Under the pieces are notes generated by a model. The model did not search any database. It was not told the origin of the DNA and saw nothing but the letters and a program-made list of their open reading frames with translations. A stretch of 64,000 nucleotides of DNA from Pseudomonadota bacterium. GTDB lineage: Bacteria > Campylobacterota > Campylobacteria > Campylobacterales > Sulfurimonadaceae. The position numbers and the translations under genes were made by a program. The stretch spans positions 128,001-192,000 of the forward strand of contig JAZDQA010000006.1 of NCBI GenBank assembly GCA_043797085.1. The letters are read 5' to 3'. Of the stretch, positions 28,978 through 36,972 are shown piece after piece. Position 1 is the stretch's first letter. Every line of letters begins with the position of its first letter.

Positions 28978-29258
28978 GGGTTATCCTTTTGTATAGTTGA
29001 AATATCAAAAGTCTGATTTTTTTATCGGACTTTGATCATTTAGACTTTTAACTACGATAGTAGCGACTGCGATCATAATGGCTAAACAGTGCGAAATGGG
29101 AAACATTTTCGATCCTTTTTATGGATTAGTAGGTTGGATACAGTTTAATAATATGGGAGTGTAAAAAGATGGGAGTAAAATTTTTGAGGATAGAAAGCAG
29201 AAGTAAGAAGTGGTAAAGTGGATTGAAATTCTCGACAATGCGCGTAAAAGTTTTGGTT

Positions 29259-29282
29259 TGAGACCCTTTTTTCAGGGTCTCA
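29259..29282. other. Perfect 9-bp inverted repeat downstream of the helicase
   Basis: TGAGACCCT-N6-AGGGTCTCA; no clear U-tract. Confidence 0.45.
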
Positions 29283-29292
29283 TGGAGGGGCT

Positions 29293-30663
29293 TTAGTAGG
29301 TAAGTCGGTAGAATTTTTCACCATTGCTCTTAAATAGGTTAGGCTCTCCAAATACATACGGATTAGTAAGCTCCAAATGCTTAATCAGCACCTTAGCTGT
29401 CTTAATAGTTTTATCCAATGGATGAAGAATGTGATATACAATAATTAGAAACTTTTGCCTAACTACATTGTTTTGAAGATCGCTCGTAAAATTATTAAAA
29501 AGTGCTATATCAATATTTTGTAAATGCTGAAAATAGAGAAAATTTCTCGATATTATTGCATTAACAAAATTACCAAGAGTGTTGGCAGTCATATTCATCA
29601 TAGCCACTTTTTCCGGTGTAGAAAGAGCCATATTTGCTTGTTCAAAATCAACATTAAAAGACTTCAAAAATATAGCAAAATCCTCCAGTTCACTATAAAT
29701 CGTATCTTCGAGTTTCTGATAACCCCCATAACCAAGATGATTAGTTTGATTGAGGTTGCAACCCGTTGTAAAAACGGTAAATCTTCTGTCGCTCGGCTCT
29801 ATTTCAATCGGATGTTCATCGTTGGAAAACAATATGGTCTGCGCATGTAGTTTTGTAGGACGAACAAGATCCACATTCTTCTTCTCAGCCGTAATGGAAT
29901 CATTGGTAATCAATGCTTTCAGAAAACTGTTAAAACTGCTTTTGCCTATCGTTGAATACGATATTTCATCAAAATTTATAAACAGCGTATTTTCGATGAT
30001 AGCACCTAAATAATTGGATTTTAAGCTATCCCCATTGATCTCCTTGCAATATTCCTCTCCAAAAAGCAACCGAATAATCTTGAAGAAAGTACCTTTACCT
30101 CCACCTTGAACGCCTTTAAACAAGATAGATACTTGTGATTTATTCAAAGTTTGAAAAAATGCAGCAAGCCAGTTCAAAAAATACCAAGCTCTTTGGCTAT
30201 CATAATTTACTAGATGTTCAACGAGCTTCAACGTTGCGGTCGGGTAATTATAATGCCCTGCCGACAGCATTAAATACTTGGAGGGCTTAAAAAGATTTAT
30301 ATGCCAAGAACCGTCTTTTTCGTAAAATTCTTGGAGTTCATTTGCATTAAACTCTTCACATACTACAAGCAGCAGCTCTGAGATATGGATCGTATTATCT
30401 CTATCTTTTATCTCGTCAATACTTTTTTTTGTTTCAATTTTAATTGGCATTTCCAATAAAATTGTCAAAATATTTTCTGCTTTTGTCACCGTTAACTCTT
30501 GATAAGGAGCAGATGCTGAAGTGCGAATACAAATATTACCCTTGACATTCACCCATATTGCGCCACCTTTTTCTCCAAATTTATTGAGGACCTTATTTTC
30601 CTCCGTTTTTTTAGAGTTGTTGTCTTTAAAATTCGTGAAATCTTTTTGTATTGGTGCGTTCAT
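29293..30663 (-). CDS. SF3/D5-like helicase (DUF5906 type)
   Basis: Walker A GVQGGGKGT, Walker B FINFDEI, LFSN and DRRF. Confidence 0.85.
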   Translation of the reverse strand: MNAPIQKDFTNFKDNNSKKTEENKVLNKFGEKGGAIWVNVKGNICIRTSASAPYQELTVTKAENILTILLEMPIKIETKKSIDEIKDRDNTIHISELLLVVCEEFNANELQEFYEKDGSWHINLFKPSKYLMLSAGHYNYPTATLKLVEHLVNYDSQRAWYFLNWLAAFFQTLNKSQVSILFKGVQGGGKGTFFKIIRLLFGEEYCKEINGDSLKSNYLGAIIENTLFINFDEISYSTIGKSSFNSFLKALITNDSITAEKKNVDLVRPTKLHAQTILFSNDEHPIEIEPSDRRFTVFTTGCNLNQTNHLGYGGYQKLEDTIYSELEDFAIFLKSFNVDFEQANMALSTPEKVAMMNMTANTLGNFVNAIISRNFLYFQHLQNIDIALFNNFTSDLQNNVVRQKFLIIVYHILHPLDKTIKTAKVLIKHLELTNPYVFGEPNLFKSNGEKFYRLTY

Positions 30664-31133
30664 AACAATTTCCCCTTGTTGTTTTCATTTTGAAGTTTTT
30701 TTGCCTCTTGCACTGCTTTCGCATTGCAGAGTTCGTTATACTTATCTCCGCTGTGTCCTTTTACCCATTCAGCTTTAACTTGATGTGGTTGCGATACGGT
30801 TAAATACGCTTCCCATAAAGCCTTGTTCGCCACTGTTTTTTTATCACTAGTTTTCCAATTATTCTTTCTCCATCCTTTTATCCAGACGTTTATCCCATCT
30901 ACAGTGATTTTACTATCACTATGAATAGTAATTTCACACTTGCTCGGTATTGCTTTTATGGATTCTATAATTGCCATTAATTCCATCTTATTGTTCGTTG
31001 TATTGATTTCACCTCCAACAACTACTTGTTCGTTTTTATTAAGATATTTGACAATGCCGCAATATCCACCAAAATTATTTTCATTACCGTTGCCGAGACA
31101 ACTTCCATCTGTATAAATTTCAACTTTTTCCAT
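30660..31133 (-). CDS. rnhA: Ribonuclease HI (island-borne)
   Basis: YTDGSCLGN, TTNNKMEL, HSDS, WVKGHSG..YNE. The last conserved Asp appears to be Asn (LCN). Confidence 0.9.
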   Translation of the reverse strand: MEKVEIYTDGSCLGNGNENNFGGYCGIVKYLNKNEQVVVGGEINTTNNKMELMAIIESIKAIPSKCEITIHSDSKITVDGINVWIKGWRKNNWKTSDKKTVANKALWEAYLTVSQPHQVKAEWVKGHSGDKYNELCNAKAVQEAKKLQNENNKGKLL

Positions 31134-31142
31134 GTAGCTCCT

Positions 31143-31352
31143 TTAGCTTGCTACAGCAAAAGTATTGGCTTCAAGATAACGTATCAATTCGTTACGTGCG
31201 ATATGAAACTTATTCCCAATACGTATATAGGCGATTTCACCCTTAGCAAGAATTTTCTTGATTGTTGCAATCTTAATTAAGCCAAGATTTTCGATTTCTC
31301 GTAGATTGAATAAGACTTTTGGTGGTAATAAGTCTTCGTAGTTATATGTCAT
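31143..31352 (-). CDS. Excisionase-like HTH protein
   Basis: 69 aa; GEIAYIRIGNKFHIARNELIRYL. Confidence 0.8.
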   Translation of the reverse strand: MTYNYEDLLPPKVLFNLREIENLGLIKIATIKKILAKGEIAYIRIGNKFHIARNELIRYLEANTFAVAS

Positions 31353-31439
31353 ATGATAAGCTCCTATATGTAAATATAAGCGCTATTGTAATGGATTAAG
31401 GAGGGGGGTTATACTGTAGAAAAAAAGAAGCTTCTCACC

Positions 31440-32594
31440 CTAATAAGATGAAATGTTTTTAGGTTTTGCTCCTGTGATAAGTTCTAAATATTTTTTGTTT
31501 TTTATATATTCCGTTGCTATTAGAAGATATTTGGAATATGTATCTGGATGAAAAGATTTTTTCCTATTATTGTCAGGGTCGTGATATTTATCCAAACTAC
31601 TTAAGATGGCTGATTTTTTCATTCCAGCATTTACGGCATCATAGATAAAAAACATGTCAGCAAATTTTTGTTGCAGTTTAGCCCCCGTTCTACTTTCAAA
31701 AGTTTTTATAGTCCCCTTTGTATTTTTTGCACTTAAATGTATGATGTCATCAGCTTTTTCTAATTCTTCTCCCCTTAATTCTCTCGACAGTTTTAGAATT
31801 CGGTTACCTAAAGTCTCTTTTTTTATATGTGATATATAAGCTTTGATTTCTTCTATGGGACGTGAAAGATCTAATGCAATCAAGATTTCTTCAGCATTCA
31901 CTTTTCTCTCAAAATTTGGAACAATATGATTAATTGCATAAGTGTTACCGTTTTGATTTATTTCTTGCAAGATACAAAAACTTTTTTGAATACTTTCATT
32001 TGTTCTACCGTCAAATGTTGTCCCAATGTTGTCAAATTTCTTGTTATTCACTTCATGGAGATAGTCTTCGTCCGCACCTTGATAATTCATTACATACCCA
32101 TCTGGATATACTCGGTAATTGCTTACTAAATCATTCTGAAGCTCAGTAACAATTATTCTTAAATAGTCGTCACAAAGCTGTGTTTCATCATCTTTAATAT
32201 TTAAATCACCATAGATATACTTATTAAGTTGAGCATCGTTCATTTTCTTTCCGTCAATGCTGTTTTCAAACTTATCATACCAATCGGGACAATACTTGTT
32301 TGTTTTTTCTTTATCTATCTCTTTTTCAAGTATTTCCTTTAACTCGTTTAAGTTTTTTAGAGCTAGTTCTTTGTATTTGTTGGATAGTTCAACAGATATC
32401 GATAAAAATTTACCCATGAATATAGTTAAGTATGGATGTCTCTCTTGCAGCTCTTTAATGTAATCCAATTTTTCCAAAATATTTATGACTTCTTGATTGC
32501 GTATAGCCATTTCATATGCTATACAGGGTGTCAATTCATAATCTTCAAAACTTTCTATCTCTTGATAGTCTTCTCTTTTTAGTAGTTCCACCAT
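31440..32594 (-). CDS. Hypothetical protein
   Basis: 384-aa ORF upstream of the excisionase-like gene; no motif recognised. Confidence 0.7.
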   Translation of the reverse strand: MVELLKREDYQEIESFEDYELTPCIAYEMAIRNQEVINILEKLDYIKELQERHPYLTIFMGKFLSISVELSNKYKELALKNLNELKEILEKEIDKEKTNKYCPDWYDKFENSIDGKKMNDAQLNKYIYGDLNIKDDETQLCDDYLRIIVTELQNDLVSNYRVYPDGYVMNYQGADEDYLHEVNNKKFDNIGTTFDGRTNESIQKSFCILQEINQNGNTYAINHIVPNFERKVNAEEILIALDLSRPIEEIKAYISHIKKETLGNRILKLSRELRGEELEKADDIIHLSAKNTKGTIKTFESRTGAKLQQKFADMFFIYDAVNAGMKKSAILSSLDKYHDPDNNRKKSFHPDTYSKYLLIATEYIKNKKYLELITGAKPKNISSY

Positions 32595-32626
32595 TTTATA
32601 TCCCTACAGTTTACATAAATTGATTA

Positions 32627-33466
32627 TTAATGGTTACGGTCTATCAAACCTGCCTCAGTGACCGCTATTGCAAATTCTGCCTGTATTGCACCGTCAAGTG
32701 ATACGATCAGTTGTTTATGCTCAGCAACAAGTCTTTCTCTGTATTCTGGATCAGCATCTTTAAATACACTGTCAAAACATTCTGCATACCTATCAAATTC
32801 ATTAAGTATTTTATCCATTTGTCGGTGATAATCGATCCCGCCAATGGACTTGATCTCAATATGATTGGCTTCAATCTTTTCAAGATTCCAGATCGTCCCT
32901 TTTTTTGTTTTAACGACTCTTGCTTCAGATTTTGATTTGGTAGCTAAAATATCCATCACATTATGACTATAGCCTACACGAGGTTGCCATGATCCCAGCA
33001 ACTGTTTGTCATGACACATAAGCATATAAACGTAAAATGCAAAATTTCTACCATCCTTTTGGATAGTAGAAATATGAAAGTGTAATCCTGTATCTTGATT
33101 CGTGTAGCCAAACTCTTCGATGAGTGGCAAAATGTGGTTGATATAGTGCTTTACGCCTGTTTGAGATGTGATCGGGATAGATATTTCTATCCCATGACTT
33201 TCTAACGACTGGTCAGGCTTGATTTGAACACAATGGTTTTTATCTTCATCCGTCGGTAAGCTGATCAAATCCACTAAAATATCGGCATTACTAAATGTTT
33301 GTATTTTATTTCTGATTCTCTCTACAGCATCCGCAAAATCGTATGTTTCGATGTCGATATAAAATTCAAATTCACACCCATATTGATATTCATCTTCGTC
33401 TGTTATATTGTGACTATCTACCGCACGATTAGGAATAGCTTTGTATCTTAGTGTTGTATTCGACAT
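32627..33466 (-). CDS. Putative amidoligase (COOH-NH2 ligase, glutamine-synthetase-like fold)
   Basis: YGCEFEF, IKPDQSL, GIEISIP, DTGLHFHIS and HIEIK follow the GxExE / DxSl / E / GxHxH / ExR pattern. Confidence 0.8.
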   Translation of the reverse strand: MSNTTLRYKAIPNRAVDSHNITDEDEYQYGCEFEFYIDIETYDFADAVERIRNKIQTFSNADILVDLISLPTDEDKNHCVQIKPDQSLESHGIEISIPITSQTGVKHYINHILPLIEEFGYTNQDTGLHFHISTIQKDGRNFAFYVYMLMCHDKQLLGSWQPRVGYSHNVMDILATKSKSEARVVKTKKGTIWNLEKIEANHIEIKSIGGIDYHRQMDKILNEFDRYAECFDSVFKDADPEYRERLVAEHKQLIVSLDGAIQAEFAIAVTEAGLIDRNH

Positions 33467-33469
33467 GCG

Positions 33470-34072
33470 TTAGTGCAACTTTTCTAAAAAGTTTTTCAAT
33501 TGTCCAACTTTATACTCTGTATTGTTTTCCCAAACTTTTAATGGCTTTTGATCATCGGGGATATACGTATCTTCTCTGATGTAAACGTAGGCAAAATTGA
33601 CACCATCGTGGGTTTTTACTTTGATTCTTTTTCGTTTATAGTAATCAGGCGCACCTTCAAATTCATCGATTTGGTCTAAAAGTTCTTTACGCTGAATTTC
33701 GTAAAGTTCTCCAGATATTTTGTTGATCGGCTTATTTACCAGATAAGGGTAGTTGCCAAAACTATCTTCAAACATTCCAAATTTACCAACGGTAAAAGCT
33801 TTGCCTATTCTTCTCGTCGATTTTGCTAAAAGTTTGTTGTTGTCAAACCCTTTTTTTAGCGATCCATAAACAAATAAAAGTTCATGGAATGGCTCTATAC
33901 GCTTAAAATACCCTCTTTGTACAATAGAGATGATTCCGCGTTCATGCAGTCTATGCAAATATTTTCTGATGGTATCTTTGGAAATACCTTCAATATCCAC
34001 TTGAGAAAAAGGAACTACTACATCTATGAGCAAAGCATTTATTTTACGCTCAAGCTTGTCGATTGTTTGCAT
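33470..34072 (-). CDS. Winged-HTH + gamma-glutamylcyclotransferase (AIG2/GGCT) fusion
   Basis: N-terminal SKDTIRKYLHRLHERGIISIVQRGYF; C-terminal LFVYGSLKKG, GELYEI, DEFEG..YYKR and AYVY. Confidence 0.85.
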   Translation of the reverse strand: MQTIDKLERKINALLIDVVVPFSQVDIEGISKDTIRKYLHRLHERGIISIVQRGYFKRIEPFHELLFVYGSLKKGFDNNKLLAKSTRRIGKAFTVGKFGMFEDSFGNYPYLVNKPINKISGELYEIQRKELLDQIDEFEGAPDYYKRKRIKVKTHDGVNFAYVYIREDTYIPDDQKPLKVWENNTEYKVGQLKNFLEKLH

Positions 34073-34091
34073 TGTATTCCTCCTTGTTTAT

Positions 34092-34131
34092 CGTGACACA
34101 ATTGTAGCATTAATTTTATAAAAGTGTCACG
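34092..34131 (-). promoter_or_regulatory. Inverted-repeat operator flanking an extended -10
   Basis: CGTGACAC-N24-GTGTCACG enclosing minus-strand TGcTACAAT (34101-34109); AAGGAGG RBS follows. Confidence 0.65.
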
Positions 34132-34206
34132 TTTTATTTTATATTAAATCCCTATTAATAGAGATATTACAGCTATTGTTTTACCAATTAAATAGATTTT
34201 TAAAAA

Positions 34207-34299
34207 TCATCTTACTCTACTAAAGAAGTCTTCTAATGATTCAGCGGCTACTTCTTGACGCATTTGAGAATAGCGCGTGGTAATACTTGTCGATGTATG
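34207..34299 (-). pseudogene. C-terminal relic of a second tyrosine integrase
   Basis: Minus strand reads HTSTSITTRYSQMRQEVAAESLEDFFSRVR*, with the H-x8-Y catalytic spacing. Confidence 0.65.
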
Positions 34300-34478
34300 C
34301 AGGAAAAAATAAAATGAATAGCTGGTTCTTTATGAAATGATAAATAAAAGCGTCATATCACTACAGAAACTATGAGAGTAAAAAGAAGAATCGTAGATTA
34401 AATTATTTGAAAGCATAAGCATTCTTTTTCAAAGTAAATACAAATGTAGATAAGTCGATATATCTATTGATAGTAAAT

Positions 34479-34501
34479 TGATACCCGTTTTTGGCACCCG
34501 T
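34479..34501 (+). repeat. Probable integrase arm-type sites (right end)
   Basis: TGATACCCGT at 34479 and TGGCACCCGT at 34492; same motif as 2690-2742. Confidence 0.7.
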
Positions 34502-34584
34502 TGTATTTTTCATAAAAAAATAATATAATTTTTTATAATTTCAAAACCTGTTTAAAGTGCTTGTCTATGGGGATTTTAAAGGGG

Positions 34585-34668
34585 TGGTACCAGTGGGCGG
34601 ACTCGAACCGCCACATATTGCTATACCGGATTTTGAATCCGGCGTGTCTACCATTTCACCACACTGGC
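34585..34668 (-). tRNA. tRNA-Leu(CAA)
   Basis: Cloverleaf GCCAGTG...CCGGA-TT-CAA-AA-TCCGG...GGCGG-TTCGAGT-CCGCC-CACTGGT-ACCA with long variable arm. Confidence 0.96.
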
Positions 34669-34763
34669 ATGTGTTTGGAAATGGGATTATAAACATCTTT
34701 TGCTTAAAGATTCGTAAAATCTTTAGATATTAACTTTTTGCATCTTTTGTCGATATAGAGAGA

Positions 34764-34778
34764 TGGAACTTTTCTTGC
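34764..34778 (+). promoter_or_regulatory. Sigma54 -24/-12 promoter of flgL
   Basis: TGGAACTTTTCTTGC = GG-N10-GC, upstream of a flagellar gene. Confidence 0.7.
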
Positions 34779-34812
34779 TTTATACAGTTCAATTCGACTA
34801 CTAAAGGATTTC

Positions 34813-36894
34813 GTGATGAGAGTTACTTCTACATCCTATTTCAATAATATTTACGGCGAAAATAACAAACTTAATCAACAACTTTTTGATGTCAATAAAC
34901 AAATTGCATCTGGTCAAAAAATTCAATATGCGCATGAAGATCCAGGTGTTTTCATCGATACACTTCGCCTTGATAACGAAATCACTACACTCTCTCAGAT
35001 CAAAGATAGTGCCCAAAATGCTTATAAAATTAGTACTCAAACCGATACCACAATTGGTTCAATCGTTAAAACCATTGAGTCAATGAAAGTCAAATTAATC
35101 AATGCTGCCAACAGTTCCAATTCAGATACGAGTACTCAAGCCATTGCGAAAGAGTTGCGCGGTTTAAAAAATAATTTACTGACTCTAGCCAATACTTCTA
35201 TCGGAGGAGAATATCTTTTTTCTGGTACGGCAACTTCACAAATACCCATTGGAGCAGACGGAACATATCAAGGTAATGATAAAAATTTAAATGCTTTTTT
35301 AGGTTCAGGCGTCAAACAAAAATACAATATTACTGGAACGCAGCTCTTTTTAGGTAATGAAGGCAACGTTAATCGTACAATCACAACCAACGTACCGCAA
35401 CTCAGTCTATCAGAACAATTTCCTGACATCATGAAAGATTCAAGTTTGACACGCGATTTAGGTGTACCAACATATATCAGCGCTTCAAGTACAATACGTG
35501 ATTTGATGGGAGATACAGATATTGACACAACCAATGATGCCGCACGAATTTCTCATTTTTATATTCAAGGGACAAAAACAGACGGTACAACATTTAAACA
35601 ACAAATTTCCCTCAATACTACGGATACGGTTGATAATTTGCTCCAAAATATAGCTTCCCAATACGGCACAAATCAGGTTAATGTCAGTATCAATACTCAT
35701 GGTCAAATTGAGATTCAAGACAAACAAACCGGTTCAAGCAAGCTTGATTTTCACATGGTTGGGGCGGTTGATTTTAACTCTGCCGGAATCGATGCGGCAG
35801 ATGTCCCTGCTAATATTGACTTACTTCAAGCAGGGACTACTAATTTTGAAGATGTTATTGCTTCGCCAATTATTAATTCATTGTACGTTAAAGAGTTTAC
35901 GAAGAGTGGTCTTGATTCTTCGAATGCTGCTAACACAATTGACGGAATCGATTATGATCGTACCAATTTTACGCAAAATGGGGCACAACTAACTTCTAAT
36001 ATTTCACAAATCGATAAAAATACGAATGCTTATGTTTCTTCTTCTAGTAAACTTATCGATGTGGCAGGAGTTTCCAATTTGGATGGAAAACAGCTTCTGC
36101 TTACAGGGTCAAATATTACAGGAGCAGCATTTACGGCACAAATCAACCTTGCAACCGCTGGTTCGACATTCTCTCTCGATAACGGGGTAACCAATTATAA
36201 TATTTTCACCGCAACCGCCCCTCGAGCTGCTGTTGATGCTAATAAGATGACGTATCAACAACTCTTAGATGTGGTCAATATGGCGATGAGCGGAACACTG
36301 CCCGCAAGTAATACCAGTGCCGGCTATGATACAGCAATTACTACTGCAAATACCCTCTCTTCGACAACCCTCGATAATGCCGGAAAAATAGTATTCGAAG
36401 ACAAAAGTACGCCGGTAACACAAGCCACAATGTCATTATATGACGCCTCATCATCAAATTATAGTGGAGTGACAGGCAGTGCCTTAACCTTTAATGCCAA
36501 TAGTGCTTTAACGGTACGCGATCCAAAAAATGATTTTTTTGCTCAAATCGAAGAGGTAATACAATCCGTAGAACAAGGGAAAATACGTTCAGATGGCTTG
36601 GATAGTGAAGATCCGCGTAATGTCGGTATCCAAAATTCAATACAAATCATGGATGACTTAAGTGATCATGTCACTCGATTACAAACCGAATCCGGTTCTT
36701 ATTCTCAAGTTTTACAATCCTCATCGGATCGCAGTAATTTGCTCATCGTAACTACTAAAATGCTACAATCCGATATCATTGATACCGATATAGCCGAAGC
36801 AACCTTACAATTACAGCAATTAAGCCTCAGTTACCAAGCGATGTTATCAACCATATCCAAAGTTTCAAAACTCTCTCTTGTCAATTATTTATAG
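34813..36894 (+). CDS. flgL: Flagellar hook-associated protein 3
   Basis: Flagellin-like termini: MRVTSTSY...QIASGQKI, ANTSIGGEYLFSG, and DTDIAEA...LSLVNYL. Confidence 0.9.
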   Translation: MMRVTSTSYFNNIYGENNKLNQQLFDVNKQIASGQKIQYAHEDPGVFIDTLRLDNEITTLSQIKDSAQNAYKISTQTDTTIGSIVKTIESMKVKLINAANSSNSDTSTQAIAKELRGLKNNLLTLANTSIGGEYLFSGTATSQIPIGADGTYQGNDKNLNAFLGSGVKQKYNITGTQLFLGNEGNVNRTITTNVPQLSLSEQFPDIMKDSSLTRDLGVPTYISASSTIRDLMGDTDIDTTNDAARISHFYIQGTKTDGTTFKQQISLNTTDTVDNLLQNIASQYGTNQVNVSINTHGQIEIQDKQTGSSKLDFHMVGAVDFNSAGIDAADVPANIDLLQAGTTNFEDVIASPIINSLYVKEFTKSGLDSSNAANTIDGIDYDRTNFTQNGAQLTSNISQIDKNTNAYVSSSSKLIDVAGVSNLDGKQLLLTGSNITGAAFTAQINLATAGSTFSLDNGVTNYNIFTATAPRAAVDANKMTYQQLLDVVNMAMSGTLPASNTSAGYDTAITTANTLSSTTLDNAGKIVFEDKSTPVTQATMSLYDASSSNYSGVTGSALTFNANSALTVRDPKNDFFAQIEEVIQSVEQGKIRSDGLDSEDPRNVGIQNSIQIMDDLSDHVTRLQTESGSYSQVLQSSSDRSNLLIVTTKMLQSDIIDTDIAEATLQLQQLSLSYQAMLSTISKVSKLSLVNYL

Positions 36895-36905
36895 CAAAAT
36901 GACAT

Positions 36906-36932
36906 AAAAGAGAGTTCAGTCTCTTTTTTTTT
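36906..36932 (+). terminator. Intrinsic terminator after flgL
   Basis: AAAAGAGA-GTTCAG-TCTCTTTT followed by a T run. Confidence 0.55.
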
Positions 36933-36972
36933 GCTATAATCCAACCACTTTGCAATATTTCAAGGATTCACC

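Larger units (their letters stand above)
2503..34640. mobile_element. ~32-kb integrative genomic island in tRNA-Leu(CAA)
   Basis: 56-bp direct repeat of the tRNA 3' half at 2503-2558 and 34585-34640. Integrase next to the left repeat, TGATACCCGT sites at both ends, and defence/mobility cargo. Confidence 0.92.
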
